A stretch of 64,000 nt of DNA. Origin: Nitrososphaerota archaeon. GTDB taxonomy: Archaea; Thermoproteota; Nitrososphaeria_A; Caldarchaeales; Caldarchaeaceae. The stretch is taken from positions 32,001 through 96,000 of the forward strand of contig JBEPYN010000002.1 in the NCBI GenBank assembly GCA_041641305.1, given 5' to 3'. The notes below the pieces were generated by a model. That model was not told where the DNA came from, did not search any database, and saw only the letters and a program-made list of their open reading frames with translations. This document shows, piece by piece, positions 1 through 9,707 of this stretch. Within the stretch, counting starts at the first letter, position 1; the number at the start of each line of letters is the position of its first letter. The translations under genes were made by a program, and so were the position numbers.

Positions 1-28
1 AGAGGCCCCTCAACACCGTGGTGTAGAC

Positions 29-793
29 ATGGTTTTGGAGACACGTATAGACGCCGTCGACGGGCTGGATATTGATGGCGCGGTCTTCATAGAGGGCTCG
101 CCCACGGCAGGTGCAGCCGGTATCTTGGCGGTTAATTATCTGCGGGAGACTTTTGACGCGGTTTTGGTGGCTGAGATTGTCTCGCCGCATTTTCCCCAGA
201 TAAGCATTATTGATGATGACGGTATTGCTTCGCGTCCTAAGCTTGAGCTTTATCTGGTGAACTTGAAGGGGTTGAAGCTTCTTCTTCTGAGCCGTGTTTT
301 CCCCGTTGAGAGCAACGAGGGAAGCTATGAGCTCGCCGCCAAGCTCTACCAGTTTCTCTCCCGACACAACGTAAACGAGTATCTTGTTCTCGCCAGCGGC
401 AGGGTCACGGGTGACGGCAGCGTATTCGTCTCTACCACAAGCCTCGACCAATCCAAGGCTCTCCTCGACGCGGGGGCCAAGCGGAGCCCAAGCCTCGAAA
501 CACTTCCAGTCGACAGGGTCTCAGGCTTTCTCATGCTATTCTTCGCCCGCGAGGGCAAAAAAGTCTCGATGCTCTTCTCCGACTCGGCGTCATACATTCC
601 CGACCACCTCGCCGCACGCAAACTGCTTGAAGTGGTTTCACGCTACCTCGGCATAGAGGTTGACTTCAAAGCCCTCGACACAGAGATTGAGAAACAGGCC
701 AAGGCTATGCAGGAGGTTGAGCAGCTCGGGCTAACAGGTAGAAAAATAGTCTCGGACGAGAAACCATCCAGAGAACCATTCTACATCGGATAA
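29..793 (+). CDS. PAC2 family (proteasome assembly chaperone-like) protein
   Basis: IEGSP..G.AG.LA N-terminus, PD..AA..LL motif, C-terminal FYIG typical of archaeal PAC2 proteins. Confidence 0.8.
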   Translation: MVLETRIDAVDGLDIDGAVFIEGSPTAGAAGILAVNYLRETFDAVLVAEIVSPHFPQISIIDDDGIASRPKLELYLVNLKGLKLLLLSRVFPVESNEGSYELAAKLYQFLSRHNVNEYLVLASGRVTGDGSVFVSTTSLDQSKALLDAGAKRSPSLETLPVDRVSGFLMLFFAREGKKVSMLFSDSASYIPDHLAARKLLEVVSRYLGIEVDFKALDTEIEKQAKAMQEVEQLGLTGRKIVSDEKPSREPFYIG

Positions 794-803
794 AAAATTG
801 GGT

Positions 804-1358
804 TTAGCCGAGTAGAGAGGTCAGGGCCGAGGCTATTGGCTCGGAGAGGAATGAGACGCCTTGGCTGATTACAAGCGAGATGGCGACGAATGTTCCGAAG
901 AGTACCAACGCGACGGCGAGGTTTCCGTTCTTCAGCTCATCCTGTATGTTGAATTTCTCGATCTCGACAGCCGGCAGCTTCGAAGCCGCTTTGACCAACC
1001 ATGAATAAACCCTGTTCTGAGCCCATGTAATCACGACGATGGCAAGCGGAAGCCCGATGAACAGCTGAACAAGTCCACCTACTATCGCCGGCACGTTGAA
1101 GGAGCCTGGGACAACAGCCTTACTTATCCCCGAGACAGCCTGTCCAACCACGTTGCCCACCGCGATGAGAATACCGGCGATGTAGACACCGACGGCGAGG
1201 TTCTTCTTCCGTATCTCCTCAAACTCGTTGATGTCCTTCGTGGACCTGTTGAGAATGTTGATGGCGACGGTCACGCTGAAGAGGGCTAGGGCCACCGCGA
1301 AAATAAGCTGAATCAACGCGATGACGATGTCTACCAGAGCTGTTACGAGAGACATCAA
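804..1358 (-). CDS. DUF350-like membrane protein
   Basis: Two repeats of 'EI/ELK..NLAVA/G' flanked by TM helices. Confidence 0.7.
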   Translation of the reverse strand: MMSLVTALVDIVIALIQLIFAVALALFSVTVAINILNRSTKDINEFEEIRKKNLAVGVYIAGILIAVGNVVGQAVSGISKAVVPGSFNVPAIVGGLVQLFIGLPLAIVVITWAQNRVYSWLVKAASKLPAVEIEKFNIQDELKNGNLAVALVLFGTFVAISLVISQGVSFLSEPIASALTSLLG

Positions 1359-1400
1359 GGCGTGCTACTTTATTGCACTTTTTAAATTTTTACATACTTT

Positions 1401-3653
1401 TTACTCTTGGACATGGATGATGCAGCCCATGTAGTGTTTCGAGAGGCTTCTGATGTGGTAGACGCCCTGCGCACGGAATTTATGCTTCCACTTACCCTCA
1501 GGCTTAATCTCCTCCGAAGTAAAGAGATATTCTGCGGGGCCCATGTATGCCTCGATGACGTGCGGTGTCCTGTCTTTGTTGACGAAGGTGACCGTTGCGC
1601 CTTTTTTCACGGAAACGACGGAGGGCTTCATATAGACATCTTCGATTATCGGCTGACCATCATCACTCCAGCCAAAGGGAGGCTTGTCGCTTCTGTTGAT
1701 GATTATTTTTGCTCGGCGGCCGTCGAGAACAGCTGCAACTAGTGGAAGAGGTAGGAGGAGGAAAGGTAGGTAGAACCATGGCGGCAGCTCCAGCCAATTC
1801 ACCTCACCTCTCACGGTCGTGGTCAACTCTACCGTAGCAGTTGTGGTGGTGTTGCGTGAAACAGTTGTTGTGGCTGCTATGGTTTCTGACCGTGTTGTGG
1901 CAACGGTGGCGTAGACGGTGTTCAAAATAATTGAAGTTGAAATATCGGTGACCGTGGTTTGAACAGTTGCATGCACTGTTTCTGTAAGTGAATAAGTTGA
2001 CGTGGTTAACTGTGTAAATGTGGTGTAGAGGGCTGATGAGAATGTTTCTGTCACATATCTTGTATTGGTTATTGTAGCTGTGGTTGTTTGAGTGAGAGTT
2101 GATGTGATTGCTGAAGTAGTGGTCTGTGTGTAGGTGGCTGTCGTTGTAGAGGTTGACGTTGTTGTAAAGAATAAGGAGCGGGGACAAAAAGCTCCATAAA
2201 AACCATAGATCACCACACCTAAATCCGTGTCAAAAACAGGTGTCCAAATATTTTCATCCCACAAATCATATCTTAAATCCGGCTTGAACGGCAATATACT
2301 TGGGCCCCCCACATCTGTCCACAGTGGAAACGTAAAGTTAAACAGGTTAAGAAAAACGTATTCAAGCCTATAGTACTCCGAGGCTCCGCCAAGGTAGACA
2401 CAGTCGCCAAAAGCGTCAACTCCCAGAACCTGCACACTATAATATGGGCTTTCTTCGCCGCGTATACGGAATCCAAAAGATGCTTCGCCGTTGAATTTGT
2501 TTACGGCAAGCAACAAACCATGAGACGGCCGCTCACTACCTGAACCCATGTAATCATTCGTGGAGAAACCGCCTATGAACAAGTATGTATCCGAAACCGC
2601 CCCTGACACACCATAGGCAAACCGTATCACAATGTGTTCTGGCGGAGTGGTCGAGGGGTCCATGTAAACGTTAAAGGCCGGATAAGATTGAACCCATAGA
2701 CTGTTCATGTATCTGTCAAACTTGTGGACAGCTACAACATCATTGGCCATGAACTTCCGATATGTCTCGATTACGTAGACGTCGTTATTATTCCTGTCCA
2801 CAACTATCTCCAGCCCTGGGAAAAACCCTTCTATAGGAAGCAGAATGGTTGTGTTGGTGGGAGACAGGTTTGTCTTGTTGAGCTCTAGGATGAACACCCT
2901 TGCCCCATTCCAATTTGCACTATTGTACCCGGTTATTCCTCCTACATAGACTCTTTGGTCCCCGAGAGCTATCGACAAGCCTAAATCACTTGCCGGGTCG
3001 TATATTTGATAGAATCCGTCGATTACCGGTTGCAGATATTGGTCAAGCCTAACAACATAAAATCCCAATCTTTCGGCTATAAAAAGCCCAACCAGCAGAT
3101 AAACACCCGTCTCGTCAACAGCCAAATCAATACCCTCACCGGTTAAGATTGTGACAAAAGAAATTTCTTCAAAATCAGTTACATAAAATCTATGAATCCC
3201 GGTTAGATTACAATCGGCTTTTGAAAAAGCCGCGACATACACAGCTATAGCTCCGAGTCTCGAGGCCCAGTAATAACCTGCCACAAAGACATGAGTCTGA
3301 TTCAATTCAACCGATGCAGCTAACCCGAAAGCAAACCCAGTGTCAACAGGGAATTCGACATAGTTGCTGCAGCGATGAGTATGATCAGGGTTCATGATTG
3401 TTAGAGAAGACTGAGGTAGTCTATAATCTATAGATGATGTGGAACCCACCATGTATATCCCGTCCTCGTCGACCTCAATATCATATACCGATGCTAGCCC
3501 CGCGACGCCTCTGTTCTCAATATCAAAGGTCCGAAGCAAACCATATGCGGGGTCTGCTTGAGAAGCTTGCCAAGGCATCAACCACAGTAACGTCAAAAGA
3601 ACAGTGACTATGATTAAGCTTGTGTTTCTTTTCATCATTGAAACTGCCGACAC
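1401..3653 (-). CDS. Surface protein: signal peptide, beta-propeller, Thr-rich stalk, TM helix, C-terminal cupredoxin-like domain
   Basis: Hydrophobic N-terminus, 'VYVGG/IYMVG' blade repeats, Thr-rich run, TM, then 'PSVVSVKKGATVTFVNKD..PH' plastocyanin-like tail. Confidence 0.7.
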   Translation of the reverse strand: MSAVSMMKRNTSLIIVTVLLTLLWLMPWQASQADPAYGLLRTFDIENRGVAGLASVYDIEVDEDGIYMVGSTSSIDYRLPQSSLTIMNPDHTHRCSNYVEFPVDTGFAFGLAASVELNQTHVFVAGYYWASRLGAIAVYVAAFSKADCNLTGIHRFYVTDFEEISFVTILTGEGIDLAVDETGVYLLVGLFIAERLGFYVVRLDQYLQPVIDGFYQIYDPASDLGLSIALGDQRVYVGGITGYNSANWNGARVFILELNKTNLSPTNTTILLPIEGFFPGLEIVVDRNNNDVYVIETYRKFMANDVVAVHKFDRYMNSLWVQSYPAFNVYMDPSTTPPEHIVIRFAYGVSGAVSDTYLFIGGFSTNDYMGSGSERPSHGLLLAVNKFNGEASFGFRIRGEESPYYSVQVLGVDAFGDCVYLGGASEYYRLEYVFLNLFNFTFPLWTDVGGPSILPFKPDLRYDLWDENIWTPVFDTDLGVVIYGFYGAFCPRSLFFTTTSTSTTTATYTQTTTSAITSTLTQTTTATITNTRYVTETFSSALYTTFTQLTTSTYSLTETVHATVQTTVTDISTSIILNTVYATVATTRSETIAATTTVSRNTTTTATVELTTTVRGEVNWLELPPWFYLPFLLLPLPLVAAVLDGRRAKIIINRSDKPPFGWSDDGQPIIEDVYMKPSVVSVKKGATVTFVNKDRTPHVIEAYMGPAEYLFTSEEIKPEGKWKHKFRAQGVYHIRSLSKHYMGCIIHVQE

Positions 3654-3767
3654 AAAGTGATATTCTTAATTCTTAATTTGCCAGAATCTGTTATATATGG
3701 TGACTTATTACCCATATATTACGGGCGTAATGCCGGTCTCGACTGACGGTGAGAAATGGCTGCCGCT

Positions 3768-5879
3768 CTACGGGTAGACTACTTCGTAGATGTATACGTA
3801 TGCGAGTGATTGGTAGGGTGGGCTTGACTGGTATACGAGGCGGAAGTAGTTGAGTTGGCTGGGGTTGTAGAGGTGTCCGGGGCCGAAGGCTGTTTGGGTT
3901 GGTTTGTATGGGATGAGTTGGCCGAGGAGTGTTTGCCAGAACCGCTGAGTGGGCTGGAAGTTCTGGTCAACGTAGTCCGATTCCCGGTAGAAATGTCCGG
4001 TCTGGTTGGCTATCCGCAGCATCCAAATCCACTTCCCCTCGTCGCCGAACCCGAGCAAACGCCCATACGCCTGACCACCCTGCACAACAAACTGATGCGT
4101 CACATAGATAACCACGTGTGTGACGTTGTGGCGGCGGAAAATCTCCATCGCAGTTCTCTCATCGCTCATGAAGGCGTGGGCCACGTCACCTATCTGCGTC
4201 GAGTTGATTGTTCCGTTGTCGATGAGCGTGATTCTCTCACCCAGTATGGTTATCCAGTAGCCGTAGTCCCACCACGACGCCACAACCGCGTCCTTGGGGA
4301 GATTGTCACGCATCCATGCAAGGGCCCTGACCCAGTCGGGGATGGATTGGCGGGCGGGGAAGCTCGATGTAACAATCGTGGCAGGCTGGTAACCCTGGTC
4401 GATAGGCGACAAAGTAACTCTCGAACCAAGCCCTCCATAGACCGACGGCACAATCGAGACAAGAAGCAGGAGAACAAGCAGCACAGGCGTGAATGCGGCG
4501 AGCCCTATGTTCACCTCCTCACCCCTTCTCTTCGAAGCACGTCTCTGTGCAATCAAGTCACCAAGCCGGGTGAAGACAAATGCGTAGCCATGTCCCGCGA
4601 CAAGCGCGACAGCCGGTGACGCGAGGAGGGAGAGGCGGACCATCGATGACGCGAAATACGCCGCGAAGAGGAGAAAGAGGACGATGAAGAGGTCGGGGTC
4701 GCGCCGCGTCTTGATAAGCTGGTAAACGCCAATAGGCACGAGAGCCAGGGCCAGCCCAAAGTCGGAAAACATGATGGACCACGTCGGAACCTGGTTTTCC
4801 GCAACCGATTCAACGATGGGCAAAGCGTCGCGGAGACCCGGGAGCAGAACGGAGAGGAACTTGAGCCCCGGCACACCGAGGAAACCGAGGCCCAGCAAAG
4901 AGAAGAACCCGACAGCCGAGAGAAAGAGCACCGTTAAAATGGTTAAACGCCTTACCTCGGGCTGCTTTATCCGCGAAGCCGCCTCAAACACGGCGAGGAT
5001 GAAGAGGGCGATGAAGCCTGAGAAGATGGTGATTTCGCGGATGTAGCCGGGGCCGAGCTTGGGGACAGACACAGCGATGGACGTGTATACGGCGAAGGCG
5101 AGGGCTGTCGCGACCAGCAGGTTTCGGCGATATCTTCCGATTACGGCGAGGATGACGCTGAACAACGGTATGTACGCTAGCGGAAACTTGTGCGCACCCC
5201 AACTAGCTGCCATGAAGCCGAGAAACAGCCCCGACAACAAGGAGAAAACAACCGTCCCACGCAGACTCCTCTTCTCAGAAATCGCAGCCAAGTAGAAGAT
5301 GTATCCGCCCAGCATCAGAGGCAGGCTGAGGCTCTCGTCATCAAACCATCCCAGATGAGTACGCCCGATATGCGCCGTGCTAATCGCCATGAACAGCGCA
5401 GCGGCCAACCCCGTAGAGGAGCCGCCGACACGTTTACCGAGAAAATATACGGCGACAACAGTCAACACCCCGTAGACAACCGGCAGCGCCGCGGCGAGCT
5501 CGAGAGTGTCCACGGTTACGCCGAAGGATTTGAGGGTGAGGTAGATGAATGCCATCGCGAAGGGGATGCCGGGGAAAGCCGTGCGCCCCATGTCCCGGCC
5601 CCACGGATACCACGACATCGTATCATGCCAGTTGAAGAACTCGGCGAACCCGCCCCAGCCCCGCTCAATCACGAACAAAGCCTCCTTATATTGAACCCAT
5701 GGGTCAAACTCGGAGAGAGCAACACCCCAGCGGAGAGGCAGCACACGGAGAACAAAAGCCGTGCTCAGCAACAGAAGAAGAATACCCAGCTCAGCCAAAC
5801 GATGCCTCCCACCCAGCACACGGTCCACACGCCTCAGCCCAGACAAAACACGCCCAACAGACAAACCCGTTCCAGCCAA
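3768..5879 (-). CDS. aglB: Oligosaccharyltransferase AglB (STT3 family)
   Basis: EFDPW, WYPWGR, FDDE, SVAEN, WWDYG and DNGTIN motifs; many TM helices. Confidence 0.95.
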   Translation of the reverse strand: MAGTGLSVGRVLSGLRRVDRVLGGRHRLAELGILLLLLSTAFVLRVLPLRWGVALSEFDPWVQYKEALFVIERGWGGFAEFFNWHDTMSWYPWGRDMGRTAFPGIPFAMAFIYLTLKSFGVTVDTLELAAALPVVYGVLTVVAVYFLGKRVGGSSTGLAAALFMAISTAHIGRTHLGWFDDESLSLPLMLGGYIFYLAAISEKRSLRGTVVFSLLSGLFLGFMAASWGAHKFPLAYIPLFSVILAVIGRYRRNLLVATALAFAVYTSIAVSVPKLGPGYIREITIFSGFIALFILAVFEAASRIKQPEVRRLTILTVLFLSAVGFFSLLGLGFLGVPGLKFLSVLLPGLRDALPIVESVAENQVPTWSIMFSDFGLALALVPIGVYQLIKTRRDPDLFIVLFLLFAAYFASSMVRLSLLASPAVALVAGHGYAFVFTRLGDLIAQRRASKRRGEEVNIGLAAFTPVLLVLLLLVSIVPSVYGGLGSRVTLSPIDQGYQPATIVTSSFPARQSIPDWVRALAWMRDNLPKDAVVASWWDYGYWITILGERITLIDNGTINSTQIGDVAHAFMSDERTAMEIFRRHNVTHVVIYVTHQFVVQGGQAYGRLLGFGDEGKWIWMLRIANQTGHFYRESDYVDQNFQPTQRFWQTLLGQLIPYKPTQTAFGPGHLYNPSQLNYFRLVYQSSPPYQSLAYVYIYEVVYP

Positions 5880-5996
5880 ATTCCCCCAAACACCAGACTA
5901 AAAACCTATTTCCAATAATACGAACATAGTCTCGAATTATTACGAGAGCCGGCGACTAATGTAAAAGATTTAAAACTCTCTTCCCGTGAAGCCGCC

Positions 5997-7715
5997 ATGA
6001 TGAGGAGAATTTGTGTAGCTGGTTTGTTGGCTGCCCTGATGTTAACGGCGGTTATGAGCGGGTTAGGTGAGGTTGTCAGCTTCCGCCTCTCCTACGGCGG
6101 CCCCGCAGACGACATCACCACAGACATCTACGTCGACGCCAACGGCATATACACCGTGGGTTACACAACATCTTTCGGCCCCAACACACCCAACGCTTTC
6201 CTCACAATCTTCAACAGCGACAACACCCATCGATGCAGCGTAGCCCTCGACCTCGGAGCCAGCGAAGAAGCCAGAGCCCTGACATTTCACAACAACAAAA
6301 TATACATGCTCGGAAAAACAACAGCAGGGTCGACGCCCCCCAACCACTTCGTCGCCGTCTTCGACACCAGCTGCAGCCTCCAAACCATAAACCTCTACGA
6401 CATAGGGCCCGGCGAAGAAGTAACAGACATAGCCGTCGAGCCGGCCGCTTCCCCATCGTTCTATGTCGTAGGCTATCAGCCGGGTATTGGCGCATTCGTT
6501 GAGAAGCTTGACTCAAGCCTCAACGTGGTGTGGGCCAAGAACTTCAAGGTGCGTGGTGGAAACGATTTGGCGAACGCGGTCGCCTTCGCTGGAGGCCGCG
6601 TCTACATAGCTGGCACATCCGACGACGGAAGCTCCCTCGAGATGTTTGTCACAGTCTTCGACACCAGCGGCAACCACATAGCCACAAGAGAAATAGGCGG
6701 GTCAAACAACGACGAAGCATATGACGTCATCGTCTCTGCGGGAAACATCTACCTCGCCGGAAAAACATTCATCGCGGGAAGACAGGATGAAGCTATCCTG
6801 GTGCGTCTGGACTCTGGCTTGGCGCTACAGTGGATAAGAGCCTTTGGAACATCCACAGGCGACGAGGTCGCGTATGGCTTAACAGCCGTGGGCGGAACCC
6901 TCTACATAGCCGGCTACACCACCGGATATGGAACACGGGACGTGTTGCTCGCAGCCTACGCCGCCGACGGAACATTCTCACACTCATTCTTCATCACCGG
7001 CGGCCCCTCGGGCGACGACTGGGCTCATTCGGCGGCCTCGCTCGGAGCATGTGTCTACCTCGCGGGCCAACACGTCAACTTACCGCTCTTCTACGTCATA
7101 AACGACCTACAAAACGCACAATCCTCCTCTGTTTCGCTGACGGTTGAAACATTGACACCGACCATGACCAATGTCACCCCATCAACATCACCGCCTTCAC
7201 CCGGCGTCGCAACCTACACACCTTCGATAAACACCGCAGCCAACATCAACTCCTTTTACTCAAGGTTCTGCCCCGACAACCTTGTCTCAACAAGCACGAC
7301 CACAGTGACCTCGACAGTTGGCACAACCACCACGGCCACGGCTACAGCGACAACCACGACAACCGCCTACGCAATAGCCACGACAACAATCACGCAGACA
7401 AGCTCCGTCATCCTCGTCTCAACAGCAACCAGCACCACAACAATCCCAGTCACAACAACTCAGACACAAACACAGACGACGACAAACACCCAAACAGTGA
7501 CAACCACAGCCACCACAACCACAACCTCAACAGCACAAACCACACAGACACAGTCAACAACACTAACCCTGACACAGATAACAACCATCGCCTTCGCCGA
7601 ACCCGTCTCAACCTACATACTCCCCATGCTCCTCATACTCATAGCAGTCCTCGTGGGAACAGCGATAATCGTCGGCAGAAGAAGACAACCCCAGCCACAA
7701 CCACCCACCTTCTAA
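5997..7715 (+). CDS. Surface protein: beta-propeller (SBBP-like repeats), Thr-rich stalk, C-terminal TM anchor
   Basis: Repeated 'GG..DD.A..' and 'IYLAG.T' blades, poly-Thr region, TM followed by RRR. Confidence 0.75.
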   Translation: MMRRICVAGLLAALMLTAVMSGLGEVVSFRLSYGGPADDITTDIYVDANGIYTVGYTTSFGPNTPNAFLTIFNSDNTHRCSVALDLGASEEARALTFHNNKIYMLGKTTAGSTPPNHFVAVFDTSCSLQTINLYDIGPGEEVTDIAVEPAASPSFYVVGYQPGIGAFVEKLDSSLNVVWAKNFKVRGGNDLANAVAFAGGRVYIAGTSDDGSSLEMFVTVFDTSGNHIATREIGGSNNDEAYDVIVSAGNIYLAGKTFIAGRQDEAILVRLDSGLALQWIRAFGTSTGDEVAYGLTAVGGTLYIAGYTTGYGTRDVLLAAYAADGTFSHSFFITGGPSGDDWAHSAASLGACVYLAGQHVNLPLFYVINDLQNAQSSSVSLTVETLTPTMTNVTPSTSPPSPGVATYTPSINTAANINSFYSRFCPDNLVSTSTTTVTSTVGTTTTATATATTTTTAYAIATTTITQTSSVILVSTATSTTTIPVTTTQTQTQTTTNTQTVTTTATTTTTSTAQTTQTQSTTLTLTQITTIAFAEPVSTYILPMLLILIAVLVGTAIIVGRRRQPQPQPPTF

Positions 7716-7901
7716 ACTTTCCCAACCATTTTGCTATTTTTTCTGATAGTGACAACGATAAACAACGCACTACTCTCCAACAAAAAGGAAATTCTCAAAC
7801 TGCGATATAGCCGAGGTAAATGGCGGAGAAAGATGTAGTGACTTGGTCCGCGGGGAGGAAAATTAGCCTTTTTAAATGGCTGATGAGGGAAGGGTGTCGG
7901 G

Positions 7902-8294
7902 ATGGCTGAGAGAGTTAGGCGGCTTATCGACGCTGTGTATGAGCTGGTTCAGAGGCCTGGGTTTCAGGAGCTGTTGTCATGGCTTGCCGTGGTTGTTTCG
8001 AGTATTGTTTTGGCGGGTGTTGTTTACAATGTTGCTTCGCGGGTTGTGATTGGTGTGGCGTTTATCGGCGACTCTGTCAGGGTGTTTTACCCCGATACAC
8101 GGGTTCAGACGGTTGCGGAGATGATGGTTGTCGCAACCTTCTACATCCTCGGCTTCGTCGGCCTCCTTCTGTATGGTGTGGCTTTCAGCAAACGGTTCAG
8201 CCCCAGAGCCTCCCGCTACATGCTGCTCTTCAGCACCCTGCTCATCACGCTCGCCGCCCTCGGGCTAATCGGCGGATACCTCTCAAAAACGTAG
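7902..8294 (+). CDS. OSTC/DC2 (OST3/OST6 C-terminal-like) oligosaccharyltransferase accessory subunit homolog
   Basis: Three TM helices; AGVVYNV, QTVAE, FYILGFVGL, RYMLLF and terminal K align by eye with OSTC/DC2 motifs. Confidence 0.65.
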   Translation: MAERVRRLIDAVYELVQRPGFQELLSWLAVVVSSIVLAGVVYNVASRVVIGVAFIGDSVRVFYPDTRVQTVAEMMVVATFYILGFVGLLLYGVAFSKRFSPRASRYMLLFSTLLITLAALGLIGGYLSKT

Positions 8295-8927
8295 AAACTC
8301 CACACCCTTCTCCACTATCTTAAAATAGATTTTCTGGGCAACGGGCTTCTCCTGCATCACCACCGAAGCGTCGCGTCCTCTCTGAACCTTGGCAACCACG
8401 TCAGACCAATAGGTGACTATGCGGGCTGCGACAGGCTCCTGCGCATCGATCGCTGGAATAGAGTGGACAAGACCCACCAAGACGACGGAGATTTTCCTAA
8501 CGATTGCGAGGTTTTTCAGTAAAGCGGCTTGTAGCGAGAGGGCCCTGTATATAGGTAGGTCTGTGGATGGTTTTCCGCTGAGCTCGAGCTTGTGTAGGTA
8601 GGTGAAGTCGTCGCAGACTATTAGCGACGCGTCCGAGGGCGGGAAATCGTGGACGTTGAGCAGCGTCTCGAGCTGTTCATGGAATGTTCGGGGCTGGCTG
8701 ATGTAGAGCTGGTCAAGCCTCTCAACTGGGAAAATCTGTCTAAGACGAGCAGGGTGCAGCCGTGCTCCACAATCTATCCAAACAACTTTTCCACCTCTCT
8801 CAGCTATCTTCGCCGCGGCTGAGAGAAGCAACGCTGTCTTACCCGACTTCTCCTCACCATACAGCAGATAAGACGATGTGGACTTGAAGTCTGCTGTGAA
8901 AAAATCTCTGATGCCTGCCGTCTTCAC
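8283..8927 (-). CDS. RadB-like RecA-superfamily ATPase
   Basis: Walker A GEEKSGKT, VVWID, LIVCDD, 'YWSDVV'. Confidence 0.75.
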   Translation of the reverse strand: MKTAGIRDFFTADFKSTSSYLLYGEEKSGKTALLLSAAAKIAERGGKVVWIDCGARLHPARLRQIFPVERLDQLYISQPRTFHEQLETLLNVHDFPPSDASLIVCDDFTYLHKLELSGKPSTDLPIYRALSLQAALLKNLAIVRKISVVLVGLVHSIPAIDAQEPVAARIVTYWSDVVAKVQRGRDASVVMQEKPVAQKIYFKIVEKGVEFLRF

Positions 8928-9007
8928 TGTCTCGGAAAATGGTGAGACGGGTTATAGGCTTAACTTTTTATGATGCTGGATTGTGTGGACGGCGGCTCAG
9001 GGGGCTG

Positions 9008-9319
9008 ATGATGCGGCGGATTATCCGATTCAAGCCCGAGTATCTTGACCTTATTCTCAAGGGCTTGAAGACGTCAACCATCAGGCCCGGCGACGGCGGC
9101 GACTACGCCAAGGAGCTGATTCTGACAGATGGAAAACGCAGAATAGCAGCGGAGCTGCTCGCCGTAGAGGTCATGACCCTCCGCGAAGCCGTAAACACAC
9201 GCTATCAACTTGAGGGATACAGCTCACCCGAAGAACTCTACCAAAGCATCAAAAAAATCTACAACAACATCGGACCCGACGACCCCGTAACCATCATCCA
9301 CTTCAACCCAAAAACATAA
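9008..9319 (+). CDS. ASCH domain protein
   Basis: 'F...YLDLILKG.KTSTIR' and 'EGY.S.EEL...KKIY' motifs; start moved to ATG 9008. Confidence 0.85.
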   Translation: MMRRIIRFKPEYLDLILKGLKTSTIRPGDGGDYAKELILTDGKRRIAAELLAVEVMTLREAVNTRYQLEGYSSPEELYQSIKKIYNNIGPDDPVTIIHFNPKT

Positions 9320-9348
9320 AAAACTTGCCAAACATCTAAACAAAACAG

Positions 9349-9423
<75 letters not shown>

Positions 9424-9544
9424 TAACCACGAAGCAAACAAGGGAGAATCCAGACTCGATTTTCAGACTGCAACATTAGCCCAAAGACCACATCCACTAC
9501 GGCTGCCTTTTTTCTTTGCTTGTGCACATGGATTAAAACAGTTA

Positions 9545-9659
9545 TGCGGGGGGTGGGATTTGAACCCACGAACCCCTGCGGGAGCAGGTCTTGAGCCTGC
9601 CGCCGTTGGTTTTGTCCAGCTTTTGCTGGACGGATTTGACCAGGCTTGGCTACCCCCGC
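9545..9659 (-). tRNA. tRNA-Leu(CAA) with ~30-nt intron at about position 21/22 (9606-9635)
   Basis: Removing 9606-9635 gives an 85-nt cloverleaf GCGGGGGTAGCCAAGCCTGGTCAACGGCG GCAGG CTCAAGA CCTGC with long variable arm and GTGGG TTCAAAT CCCAC. Confidence 0.9.
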
Positions 9660-9707
9660 CCTGTTTGGTTTGCGGTGTTGCTTGATTTAGGCTTTTTCAC
9701 ATGGTTG

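Noticed and set aside
3855-5918. Long plus-strand ORFs opposite aglB (and similar ones opposite purA, guaB, tldD)
   Set aside because: Antisense shadows of well-supported genes with no motifs.
7290-7590. ACA/ACC-rich repetitive DNA (also 1810-2165)
   Set aside because: Explained by Thr-rich protein stalks; not a CRISPR array or tandem repeat element.
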